DNA of 64,000 nt, taken from positions 582,907,771 through 582,971,770 of the forward strand of contig NC_058132.1 in the NCBI RefSeq assembly GCF_016433145.1. The letters are read 5' to 3'. This stretch comes from Gracilinanus agilis. Its lineage: Eukaryota. A program made the translations under genes and the position numbers. The notes under the pieces were generated by a model. That model was not told where the DNA came from and made no database searches. It worked only from the letters and a program-made list of their open reading frames with translations. Positions 1 through 10,455 of the stretch are shown here, piece by piece (positions within the stretch are counted from its first letter, which is position 1; each line of letters opens with the position of its first letter).

Positions 1-939
1 TATACTTATATATATATATTATATATTCTTCTCTTGTTAATCAAAATAGATTCTACTTAAGATTCAAGCTAAACAAGCTTTTTTGTACCAATGCATATGG
101 CACGTGGGGCAAGTATGGTATGATTTATTTTTGCTTTTATGTTCCTTATGTATCTTTTCATATATTTGCCATATGTTTTTGGGTTCCTTTGTTGTCTGGC
201 AACTGAATTTGAAAATGTTTTCCTCTTATGCCACTCTACAGGTGCTTGATGGAGTGGTGAACTAAGTTCACTTTGAGATAATAAAGCCCATTTATTTGTA
301 TAGTTCAGCATGATTGACTGAAGGTAGCTCAATATTAAATCAAGAAGAAATGTTGCAGCATTAACAAAGCCCTCAGGGTGTAAAGTTGTGCCTGGAGTCT
401 TTGAACCATACAAATTTGGACACTTCCCAAAACTCCTTACCCTGAGCCCAGACAGATATATGGCTAAATAAAATTCGTAGCTGATGCGCTCATTGATTCA
501 AGGGTCCCTTTCTCTGAAGTGTTCACATGAGTCATCGTCTTTCTATAAAGAGATGTGGTGCATGGAGATGGGAAGGAGAAAGGCAGAGTTTCCAAGGAAA
601 ATGGTCCATAGAGACATTGCAAATGTTAAACAACTATTAAAAAAAAGTAAAATCATGATTGCCCAAAGAAAGTTAGAAACTGAAATGTTATTTACTTGCC
701 TTATTTACCCAGATAATATCCAGATAAACCATAGACTCATGAAATATTTTTGGAGTTCATGAGAGATTAATCATAAAAAATTCTATAGGCCAGCTGAGAA
801 TTGTTTCCAAGACTTATCTTTCTCACTTACCAAAATAAAACCTTTGAAATTCTCAGGAATCATGACACAGTCACAAAGCATATAACAAATTGTTCTTGTC
901 CTCAAGGAACTTAAAGATACGTTTGCAGAATTACATCCA

Positions 940-1130
940 TAGACATGGCTGTTAGATATTGGAAAAAAAAGTTGGAATAATCTAACCCAACCTCCTTATT
1001 TTATAGGTTTAGAAAATGAGACCCAGAAAAGTTAAATAATTTTATGGAAGGAATGAAGATAATAAGTGTTTAGGTCTGACAGAAATCCAGGTTCTCTGAC
1101 TCCAAAGACAGTTTTTTTTTCAATGCACCA
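940..1130 (-). mobile_element. MIR-family (CORE) SINE, degraded
   Basis: Reverse MIR core-like motifs (ttattttataggtttagaaaatgagacccagaaaagttaaataa ... gaaatccaggttctctgactcc). Recalled consensus similarity. Confidence 0.5.
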
Positions 1131-1158
1131 GTAGCTGAGAAACTATAGACCACAGGTT

Positions 1159-1246
1159 AAAAATGTAAGTCATTCTTAGCTCATGGACAATATAAAAACA
1201 GGTGGCAAGCCAGAGTTGGCCTGCAGGCTATGGTTTGCTCCTCCTG
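1159..1246. mobile_element. hAT-Charlie DNA transposon terminal fragment (MER58-like)
   Basis: aaaaatgtaagtcattcttagctc...aaaaacaggtggcaagccagagttggcctgcaggctatggtttgctcctcctg resembles the CpG-decayed MER58-type terminus (aaaaacaggcggcgggccggatttggcccgcgggccgtagtttgccgacccctg). Confidence 0.6.
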
Positions 1247-1469
1247 CCCTAAATTATGGAGTTATTAAGCCTAACTTTCCATGCTCCAGTAATTTATAAA
1301 AGTTAGAACTTAATCTTTTTTTCAGAGAAATATATGAACCTTCTATTGCCCCCTTCTAGCACTGCTTTACTATATAACAGTGGCTTCCAGCTTTAGAATT
1401 TGTGATATATACTTTGTTTTTTTTTCCTTTTTAAGGTAAGGTACATATTGTAATACAGTGAAAATAGTT

Positions 1470-1630
1470 CTATATTGATAGTAAAAAAAAAGAGGATTTT
1501 AGGCTCAGCTCTAAAACTTAATAATTCTGAGACCCTGAGTAAATCATTTCATCTCTCTAAGGCTTAGTTTCCTTTTCTGCAAGAAATGAATAATAATATT
1601 TATACTACCTTCCTAACAAGGTTGGTTAAA
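1470..1630 (+). mobile_element. MIR SINE, degraded
   Basis: gaccctgagtaaatcatttcatctctctaaggcttagtttccttttctgcaagaaatgaataataatatttatactacc resembles the MIR core. Confidence 0.55.
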
Positions 1631-1929
1631 AGGAAGTACATTGCAAATTATATTATAATGTTTGAAAAAGATAAAGGAAAAGCTGGAAGTAGAAATAAAA
1701 CCATGGCCAACATATATTACAGAAACGTTTTCCTTCTGTGTGTTTCTAACTATAGGCTTTACCACAATGACTCAGATGCCTTCTAAACCTGAAACTTCTT
1801 TCAGTACCTAGGATCATTTAATTTTAGAGCACCCCTCTTCCATACTGCTCTCTTCCTATTAGTAAATTCTTTCAAATGCTACCATTTTGTAAATGAGTCC
1901 AGGCTAGCCATGACTTATTTATCTCTTGA

Positions 1930-2670
1930 TTATAGTTCTGGATCTTTACTTCAGAACATATTTCTACCACTCTCTACCATCCACTGCCCCAGGTCTTCAT
2001 CATCTTATGATTGTGCTATCGAAGTAGTCTTCATTTTAGTTTCCTTGCTTCGAATTTTTCCCTATTCCAATCCTTCCGCCATTCATAAGTTAATCTTGAT
2101 CTTTCTTAAAAGCCTGGTCATCTCATATACACACTGCCTATCTCCATTTAATACATTCCAGGGACTCCAAACCTTATTACCTTCAGGTTGAAAAATGAGA
2201 ATTCTGCAATGACATTCAAAGTGCTTTGTAAAGTATTTCTCTCCTACCTTTCTGTTCTTATATTTTATATACTCAGACATATTTGGTGATGCAGCAACAC
2301 TGACATCCCTCCCTATTCCTTGACATGTTCACTGGCTGTTCACCACATGTTTGTAAGCCTCCCACTTCTTACTTTCACCTACTGGCTTTCCTGATTACTT
2401 TTAAGCCCCAGCATGAAAAAAAACTCAATTTATGTACAAAACCTTTTCAGATTCACCTTAAAGATAAGTCACCTAAAGAAAAGTCTTCCTTCTATTGATC
2501 AATTCTAATTTATTAAGCATACATCTTACATTATGGATCTGTTTAAAAATTATTTCCCCATATGAAACTGTTAGTTCCTTCAGAGCAGGGGCATTTTACC
2601 TTTTTTGTTTTACCAAGACTTAGCAAAGAATGTGAAAAATATTAGATGCTTAATAAATGCTTATTTACTG
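1930..2670 (+). mobile_element. L2 LINE 3' fragment
   Basis: Pyrimidine-rich L2-type body ending in gacttagcaaag...tagatgcttaataaatgctt, a typical L2 3' end. Confidence 0.65.
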
Positions 2671-3489
2671 TTATGTAAAAAAGTCTAAAAAAATTCACAT
2701 GGTAAATTCCACAAATTATTGTGTCATTTCTCATACCTCCCACATAATCTCTTTTCAAAGATGATTTTAATTTACCAAAATTTTCTATGAATCTATGTGA
2801 AGATACATACATAGCAAATTTTGGTCAAATAAGTGAGATTTCATATATATGTATCATATATATGTATATACAATAAAGTATAATAGAAGATAACATATGC
2901 TAGAGGCAGAAGAGAGAAGTAGACAAAACACTCTAGGAAAAATTTAAAATTCACAGACTTCCTAAGAGGAGCTTCTATGCTCTTGATAGTGTCATTGATA
3001 AAAGCACTGACTAGAGCCAGGGAAACAATAGAGCCCTAGGGCACTCCACATGGGCAGCATCATTCAATTCCTTTCCATTTTTTGGATTCTGCTGCTTAAA
3101 TGATTCCAAATTCACTTAACTCTACTATCCTTCAATTGATATCACTATCTTGTTCAAAAATACGTTGTTGAATTCTGTTGAAATTCAGATCTACTAGTAT
3201 AGTAATCTTGTCAAAAATGGAGCTAAGTTAATTCTAATGTATTGCTCTTAATGAAAACTTTCTGGCTTATAATTGTCAGGTCTTTCTAAATGTTTATCAT
3301 TTTTTTCCCTTTAATAATCCATGCTCATGCTTTTACTAGGGAGCTCAATGAATGTTAAAGTTTATACTTTTTTATCCTTTTGGAAAATGGGAAAAATGTC
3401 TATCTACCTTAGTGCTTTAATGATTATTTATTACAGTTCAATGATATCATTCATATATCTTTTCAAAATTAATTGATGACAAATTAGGT

Positions 3490-3846
3490 CCATGGTGGTG
3501 AACCTATGGCACATGTGCCAAAGATGGCATGCAGAGACTTCTCTGTGGGTATTTGCACAGTGGATCCTCAGAATTAGTTACTAGCAATGCAGAGAGAGTT
3601 GGACAGAACTGCTCTCTTCCTGCTCCCACTGTGCCTCAATGCCCCTCTGCCCAGAACCCCAAAAGGACGTGCTTATTCCCTCCCCTGAGCACAGTATCTG
3701 GGCTACTCCCTCTCTTTCTTTCACTCCTTTTTTTTTGGGATGGAGAACTTGGTCTCTGGAGGGATGGAGCATGGTATCCAGTCTGGGGGGGGGAACAGGG
3801 CATGACACAGGGTGTATAAAAGGTTCTAAAAGGTTTGTCATCACTG
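3490..3846. mobile_element. Non-autonomous hAT element (MITE) with CAGTGATGGCGAACCT-type TIRs
   Basis: Left end (c)catggtggtgaacctatggcacatgtgcc and right end aggtttgtcatcactg are inverted repeats. Internal segments match the reverse complement of 49783-50075. Flanks aattaggt/atttagta are only a weak TSD. Confidence 0.75.
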
Positions 3847-3897
3847 ATTTAGTAGTCTCCTACTATCTCTTCACTTGTTTTGTGTTCTAATGCTTCC

Positions 3898-3985
3898 CCC
3901 TTTTTTTTCACCAATTACATGTAATACAATTTTCCACATAAGTTTTTCAAAGTTATATGATGCAAACTAACTTCCTTCCTCCTTG
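3898..3985 (-). mobile_element. L1 3' terminal tail fragment
   Basis: Poly-T followed by ccaattacatgtaatacaatttttccacataagtttttcaaagttatatgat, homologous to the L1 tail at 4075-4165. Confidence 0.75.
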
Positions 3986-4072
3986 ATGGTAGAGTTACGA
4001 ACTGATACAACCATTCTGGAGGGTAGTTTGGAACTATGTCCAAAGGTCTATAAAACAATGCATACCCTTTAA
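3986..4072 (+). mobile_element. Inverted L1 ORF2 C-terminal segment
   Basis: tggtagagttacgaactgatacaaccattctggag...atgcataccctttaa aligns with the L1 at about 53108-53195. Confidence 0.8.
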
Positions 4073-5700
4073 AAATTAATTTATTGTCAGTTACATGTTA
4101 TGACAATTTTCCACACGAGTTTTCCTAAGTTATATGATCAAACTTATCTCCCTCCATTCCTTCCCTTCCTCCTTCCAGGGCTGATAGGCAATTCAATCTG
4201 TGTTACATATGAATTATTATATAAAACATATTTCCATGTTCTTTATTTTTGTGAGTAATCTTATAAAACCCTAACCACAAAACATAAACCTAAACGAACA
4301 GATGAAAAATTTTATGCTTTCATCGGCATTCCTACTCCAACAGTTCTTTCTCTGAAGATGGGTTGTATTCCTTGCTACAGAATTGTCCTGGATCATTACA
4401 TTGCCAAAAAATAGCTGAGTATCTGTTATGTTGATTTTAACAGAGATATTTGGGAAGCTGAAGTGTTGGCCAGAGACCAGAAACCTACAGGACTTGCTTC
4501 TCCTCACACACAGGCTTGAGTGAGTAGGAAGGGTTATGTACTCCTTTACTCTCACCCCTCCCACCAAGCAGTTAGAATCAGTTGAAAATGGAGGATGGTC
4601 AGATACATTAGCTAGGGTGAGCAAGACTAATCCCCTCAAGATGTTCACTTTCTCGACTTATTTCCCCACAGGTTTGACTAGGGAAGATAGGAGAAGCTTG
4701 ATGTCTAGTAGCTATCAGGGACAGAACAAGGATCTGACTTTTTGGACTGGCAACTGAAAGGAAGCCAGCTTTATGGAGGATATGAGTATTCCCAAAATAA
4801 TAGCCAGACTCAACTACCTCAAAGAGGAAGTTTTACTGATAAAAGAGGGAGGGGAAGGAGGGGAGGTTTTCAGGGATCAGGATAAGATCTGGGAAGCCCT
4901 GAACCATTAGATAGAAACAGCCCCACACCCCCCTCAGGAGGGAGTGGCAGACTTTATAACTAAGTTGCCCTCAAAGCCTATACTTATCACTTCTAATATC
5001 TAAAATAACAAAATGGTGCCAAAAATGCTATTGCCGGAAAGGTCTAATTCAGCTAAACAGGCAAACTGCAGAGAAAAACCAAAGTGGCTTTTGCCACAAT
5101 GGCCTCCCAAAGCAATCCAAACTGGGATCAGCAGGCAAAGTGATCTGCTTACCTCAACACCCAGGAGCCAACTGCCCCAAACTGCCTTAAACTGCCCCCA
5201 TCCAGAGTTCTCTAGGGGGCGTCCCCTGGAATTCTGCTTGAGGCTTGATCCTGTATCTTGCAGGAATTCCACCCTGACATTTCCATGTTACAGTCTCAGT
5301 TTATCATTCCACAATAGTGCTGTTACTGTGTATAATGTTCTCCTAGTTCTGCTTATTTCACTCTGCATCAGTTCATGTAGGTCTTTCCAGCTCTTTCTGA
5401 AATCATTCTGTTCATCATTCCTTACAATATAATAATATTCCATCACAATCACATGCCACAACTTGTTCAGCCATTCCCCAATTGATGGGCATCCCTTCAA
5501 TTTCCAATTCTTTGCCACCACAAAAGAGGAGCTATATAGATATTTGTACCAGTATGTCCTTCCCCCGTTTTTATTTCTCCTGGATTTAGACCTAATAGCG
5601 GCATTACTGGATTAAAGGGGGTGAAATGCATACAAATTGTGTTATACACTTTGATCTATCAGCAATGCATTAGTGTCCCAATTTTGCCACATCCCCTCCT
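4073..5700 (-). mobile_element. 5'-truncated L1 (3' UTR plus ORF2 C-terminus), interrupted by a solo LTR at 4424-5279
   Basis: The minus-strand ORF 5288-5521 (VAKNWKLKGCPSIGEWLNKLW...) matches the ORF2 C-terminus at 53098-53493. The 3' UTR occupies 4075-4420. Confidence 0.9.
4424..5279. mobile_element. Solo LTR (ERV1-like) nested in L1
   Basis: Starts tgttatg and ends ctgaca (TG...CA). About 856 bp, more GC-rich than the flanks, and splits an L1 into two pieces. Degenerate 4-bp TSD tatc/tttc. Confidence 0.75.
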
Positions 5701-7059
5701 CTAGTCCCCTTTTCAAATATTTTGTATTACATATCTCATTCTGAGGATCATTCTTTTTAGCAGGAAAAATAAAACAAAACCAAAAACTGAAGAATAGCAA
5801 AATAACCCTGAAATAGGAGTTGCTTAGTTCTCAAATCCATCCTTATATTGACATTGACTATCAAGAGAAATTTTCCACACATAGTTTTAAAATTCTTTCT
5901 TGACTTTCTCTAGCATTAATGGAATACTTCAGAGCATGGAGTTGAACCAATAGCGCATCATTTTTGCAATATGTCACCTTTTTTAAGAAAAATTCTTCTC
6001 AGTTACTACTAGTTCAGTCCAACTATAATCTGGGTCTTTCAAAAAGTTGAGTTCAAGGATTAGCTCTATTTTCACCCATATCCTTTTCTTTCTTATCAGA
6101 GTAATTCAGGAATGATTTTCCAGAATGTCACTTTGTAGAGCCATCCCACCATATATTCTATCCCTCTTGAAAAGACTTCTATTTATTGCCTCAGTCCTTT
6201 GTATTGTGTTAATAGAATAATTTATGCTTTTTAGTTTCTCATCTACAACCTAGATTATCCTTGCCATGGGTTCCAATGTTTCCTCTTTAATTCTCTCAAG
6301 CCATAAAATGTCATGAATGTCTTCCTGTCATTTTCACTTCATCAGCCAGTTAATCCTTATTTGTCAGAATCAAGTCCAAATAACACTTCCCCTCCTCTAC
6401 TCTTCTTCTTTCTGAAAGATAAAATTATTAGCGAGGCAAAATCCTCACCTGTCTTTTCCTCTTAGCAGAAAAAGACTTACAGAACAAATACAGATAGATA
6501 GAAGTCCCACATTGAAACCTGAACAAATTCTACATCATTAATGAATGCACTTAATAATTCCTCTAATAAATACCAATAAAGTCAAAACAGAGATCACTAA
6601 AGATATCCTAAGTGTGACCTACTATGAAGGAAACTTAAACCTTCTTTTCTACATACCTTACCATTATCACCTGAAAACAAATAATTTTGAATCAACCTAA
6701 GTCTCTACATTTAGCAATAATTTCTGAAAAAAGACATCACCTTTACATATAATCTGAACTGTGCATTTTCCAAAAGTTTTTTAATTGGCATTTTGGTATT
6801 CATTAGTTTTCTTTCAGATATAATTTATTAAGTGAATCAGCTTTGCATGTCAAGAGTCAGGCACTAATTTTAATGAGACTCTTATCCTTCAGTTTTGTTA
6901 AATGTGAAATTTATTTTACATGGATTTTTCATACATTATAGATATAGTATTAAACCTAATATGCACAAAACAAAAAAACCACTGACTAATATTAAATGAT
7001 ATATTAATACAGGCACTTCCTCTATTTGTACAGATTGAAACTCAGGAGATTTTTTCCCC

Positions 7060-7195
7060 CATCTTCTGTCATTTAACTTCTCTCTACCTTAGTTTGCTCA
7101 AGTGTAAAATGGGGATAATAGTATTATGTACCTCAAAAGGTTATTGTGAGGATCAAATGTGATATTTGTGACATAGTTTGCACAATATATTTGCC
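7060..7195 (+). mobile_element. MIR SINE 3' half
   Basis: catttaacttctctctaccttagtttgctcaagtgtaaaatggggataatag...ggttattgtgaggatcaaatg. Confidence 0.7.
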
Positions 7196-7215
7196 ATATG
7201 ATAGGACTAAGATTC

Positions 7216-7402
7216 TTTTTTTTTTTAAACCCTTGTACTTCGGTGTATTGTCTCATAGGTGGAAGATTGGTAAGGGTGGGCAATGGGGGTCAAGTGACTT
7301 GCCCAGGGTCACACAGCTGGGAAGTGGCTGAGGCCGGGTTTGAACCTAGGACCTCCTATCTCTAGGCCTGACTCTCACTCCACTGAGCTACCCAGCTGCC
7401 CC
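7216..7402 (-). mobile_element. Young SINE1_Mdo-type tRNA-derived SINE, full length
   Basis: Reverse complement begins ggggcagctgggtagctcagtggagtgagagtcaggcctagag and has the tail ...aagggtttaaaaaaaa. TSD taagattctt at 7208-7217 and 7404-7413. Confidence 0.92.
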
Positions 7403-7422
7403 TTAAGATTCTTAATCTTGGG

Positions 7423-7423
<1 letters not shown>

Positions 7424-7464
<41 letters not shown>

Positions 7465-7478
7465 GTGTGTGTGTGTAT
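7424..7478. repeat. (TG)n microsatellite
   Basis: Direct observation. Confidence 0.97.
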
Positions 7479-7899
7479 GACAGACCACTTTGATAGTCTA
7501 GCAAAGCCTAAGTACTCCTTTTATACACTGCTTTATAGTATCAGCCAACTACCTTTTTCTATCCTATCCTTAACGACTATCCTGGATTCTATGTTTATGT
7601 CTGCTTCCATCCCAAAGAATATCTCCTCTGTCCCTTGTAGTTCTTATTCTCCAGTGTTAAGTGAATCACAAACATACGGCATTGTTTCAACAATAACAAA
7701 ACTTGAAAATGAGTTTTTCTGCTTGGGATCAATTTGAGGTGGTTAAAAGAGCTGCTCAGTATAAAAAATGAAAAAAAAAAACAACAAAAAAAGAAACCAC
7801 CATTTTCCCCTTGCTCCTATTTGATTTATTATCTACCTGCCCAAGGCAAGTTTACTAATGTGCTAACTCATAAGTCTTCTTATTTAAACAGAACTTATA

Positions 7900-8440
7900 A
7901 TTTGCACAAGAGACATTTAACATTTTTCTTGCCTCACTTATTAGTCATATTGCTTTTGAATTATTATAGATCTCATCGGGGAAGTCCTGCTATTGGGGTG
8001 GATACAATCAGTACAATGTCTTCTACAAATAGGAGCCTATAACCTCATCATCTATAAGGATTGTTTATATTTGGTATATACCCTCTTCCATAACAGTGGA
8101 AAACCTCCTTGGAGAACTTCCAGCTTCTTGTTTTATGTGTTTCTTAATCTTGATAATCACAGGAGAGTTGTACAAAATTATCTCTGTGGCTTCATCTATC
8201 AGTTTTGTGTACTTTCAACATGTGTAGGAGATAGATGTTTTTGGAAGATGGCCATAAGTGCAATGTTTTGCTCTAAGGACTGTATTTTATTTTTCATTCA
8301 CCAAATAATAAACTCAATCACATCATAAGTCCTACATACTTCTCAGTCAATTATTTATTTACAAAGATGTGGTATGTCATAACCAATAAGTTGTGAAATC
8401 CTTTGTTTCATTCTTAGATTTTCATCATGTTTTCCAAGTT
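7900..8440 (-). mobile_element. Degraded RTE-clade LINE reverse-transcriptase fragment
   Basis: Minus strand reads aaacaagaagctggaagttctccaaggaggttttccactgttatggaagag (KQ...SPR.FSTVMEE), resembling the RT 'QGD..SP.LF' motif, preceded by an 'EATEIILYNSPVII'-like segment. Multiple stops. Confidence 0.55.
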
Positions 8441-8464
8441 ATCAAGTGTGTATACTCTCAATAC

Positions 8465-9160
8465 TGTAAAGAGGAATTCTTTATTCCTTTTTTTAAGTTA
8501 ACAGGGGACCTGGAGGTCCTCTTACTATAGAGATGTGTAGGGATTTACCAGCCCACAGTGACAGGAAGTAGAAACTATAGAGACAGGAAGGAGAAACCAT
8601 AGAGACAGGAAGGAGGAACCTAGAGACAGGAAGGAGGAACCTAGAGACAGGAAGGAGGAACCATAGAAACAGGAAGGAAGAATGTTAGAGACAGGAAGGG
8701 AGGTAGAAAAAGGATATAAAAGGCTGTCAGTTGCTGACAGGGCTATTAGTTGGATAGAATATATTTATATATATATATATATATTCTGTCTAGTGAACTG
8801 AGCTGAAGGGTGATCAGTTGGACTTTCTCTAACGGCAGTTATAGGTAGATATAGGCAGTTTTAGGTAGTAATTATAGGTAGTTAGAGGTTGTTATAGGAT
8901 AACTATTCTAGACATTAAGAAAATTTCTTTATTTACCTCTTTCCTATATTTCTCTCCTTTTCTATATTCATTTTATTATATTCTTTTACTATCTCTATTT
9001 TAATTAAACTAAATTGTTAACTGTTAAAAGCTGTTAGAAGTTTTCTTTTCTGTGACTTAAAGGGACAATATTAATTTATAGCTCTACATTATCTCATTAA
9101 AACTTAAATAATCAAAAGCTGCTCTCTTATTTTGTCAAAACTCCTAAGTTAACCCTTACA
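8465..9160 (+). mobile_element. Solo LTR (class I/ERV1-like, 696 bp) with internal 21-22 bp tandem repeat and TATA box
   Basis: TG at 8465 (tgtaaagagg) to CA at 9160 (ccttaca). Perfect 4-bp TSD ATAC at 8461-8464 and 9161-9164. TATAAA at 8715-8720. Confidence 0.88.
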
Positions 9161-9389
9161 ATACTAATTGACATCTAATGTTCATTCTTGCTTAAAAATT
9201 TATAATCCTTTGATTCCATATTGAGTACATTATCAAAAATATTTTGAAGAGATGAAAGATAATATAAGTTAATAATTATTTGATCATATCATTTTAATCT
9301 CATTTGAAAATAATGCTTTCCTTCATTTTCCCCATTATTTTAACTTCTCTTTGTAAAATTTTAAAATTACTTTCAGTTCTTTAAATATT

Positions 9390-9537
9390 NNNNNNNNNNN
9401 NNNNNNNNNNNNNNNNNNNNNNNNNNNNNNNNNNNNNNNNNNNNNNNNNNNNNNNNNNNNNNNNNNNNNNNNNNNNNNNNNNNNNNNNNNNNNNNNNNNN
9501 NNNNNNNNNNNNNNNNNNNNNNNNNNNNNNNNNNNNN
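9390..9537. other. Assembly gap (148 N)
   Basis: Run of N. Confidence 1.
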
Positions 9538-9869
9538 TAGACTTATACTTAAATACTTTCTTTTGGATACACACATACATACAGAAAATAACACAATATG
9601 TATTTTTGCCTTTCAACATTTATTATCTGAGTAAATTTTGTTTTCCCCTCTACCTCTTTGCCCCTTCTGGCTTTCCAAAGTTGTGGCATGTAACTTTATT
9701 ATTTTACTATTGTACATAATCTCTAAGGCTGAGAGTCCTCAGACTTTTTGAGTCATGGGAATGAAGGCACAGAGGAAACTCTAAGGATTATTATATTATG
9801 TCTCCAGTGAGAGTATTATCAAACTTCCAAAATAGTCTTCTTGTATACAAATATCAGACCTCTCTAACC

Positions 9870-10455
9870 CTGACTTATCACATTTTCCAAAGTGATATGT
9901 CTAAAACAAATCTATGATACTCCTCAGCTCAAAGAACTTCTTGGCTCCCCATGGCCTCTAAGATAAAATGCAGACTCCTCTTCCCTTTGGCATTAAAATC
10001 CCTGCACAGCACTAATCTTTCTTTGTAGGTCAATTAATTACATATTATTCTCTCTTCTATGTTATATTTTCAAGGCAAACTGACCCCTTTTTTGTTTCTT
10101 GTTTTACAGTTTTTCATCTTTTGCCTCCATGCCTTTGCAAAGGTTGCCGCCAATTCCTTACCCTCATGCCTGGATTATTCTTTTGTCTCTATCTTTTAGA
10201 AAGAACCTTTAGTTTCTTTCAAAATTCAAATAAAGAGACAACTCCTTATATAAATTTCTGATTTCTTTACTGGCTAGAGCAACCTTCCTCAAATCAGCAT
10301 ATTTAAAAATTATGTGCATATCCTGAATTTACACATCAACAAACATAGTTTATGTCCTTTATATAATTCAAACTGTTTGAGTGGCTCTCTTTTTCTTTTA
10401 TTTAAATCCAGACATAGCAGAATCTTAGAGGCTTGATAAGTGTTTTAATAAATAT
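9870..10455 (+). mobile_element. L2 3' fragment
   Basis: cagctcaaagaacttcttggctcccc...ataaaatgcagactcctc... ending in ataagtgttttaataaatat. Confidence 0.65.

Noticed and set aside
257-271. Perfect palindrome GTGAACT-A-AGTTCAC (nuclear-receptor-like half sites)
   Set aside because: A 7-bp arm palindrome is expected several times by chance in 64 kb, and nothing else supports it.
69-413. 114-aa minus-strand ORF at the window start
   Set aside because: No recognisable domain, no coding-like composition, and no splice structure linking it to other segments. An ORF of this length is expected by chance.
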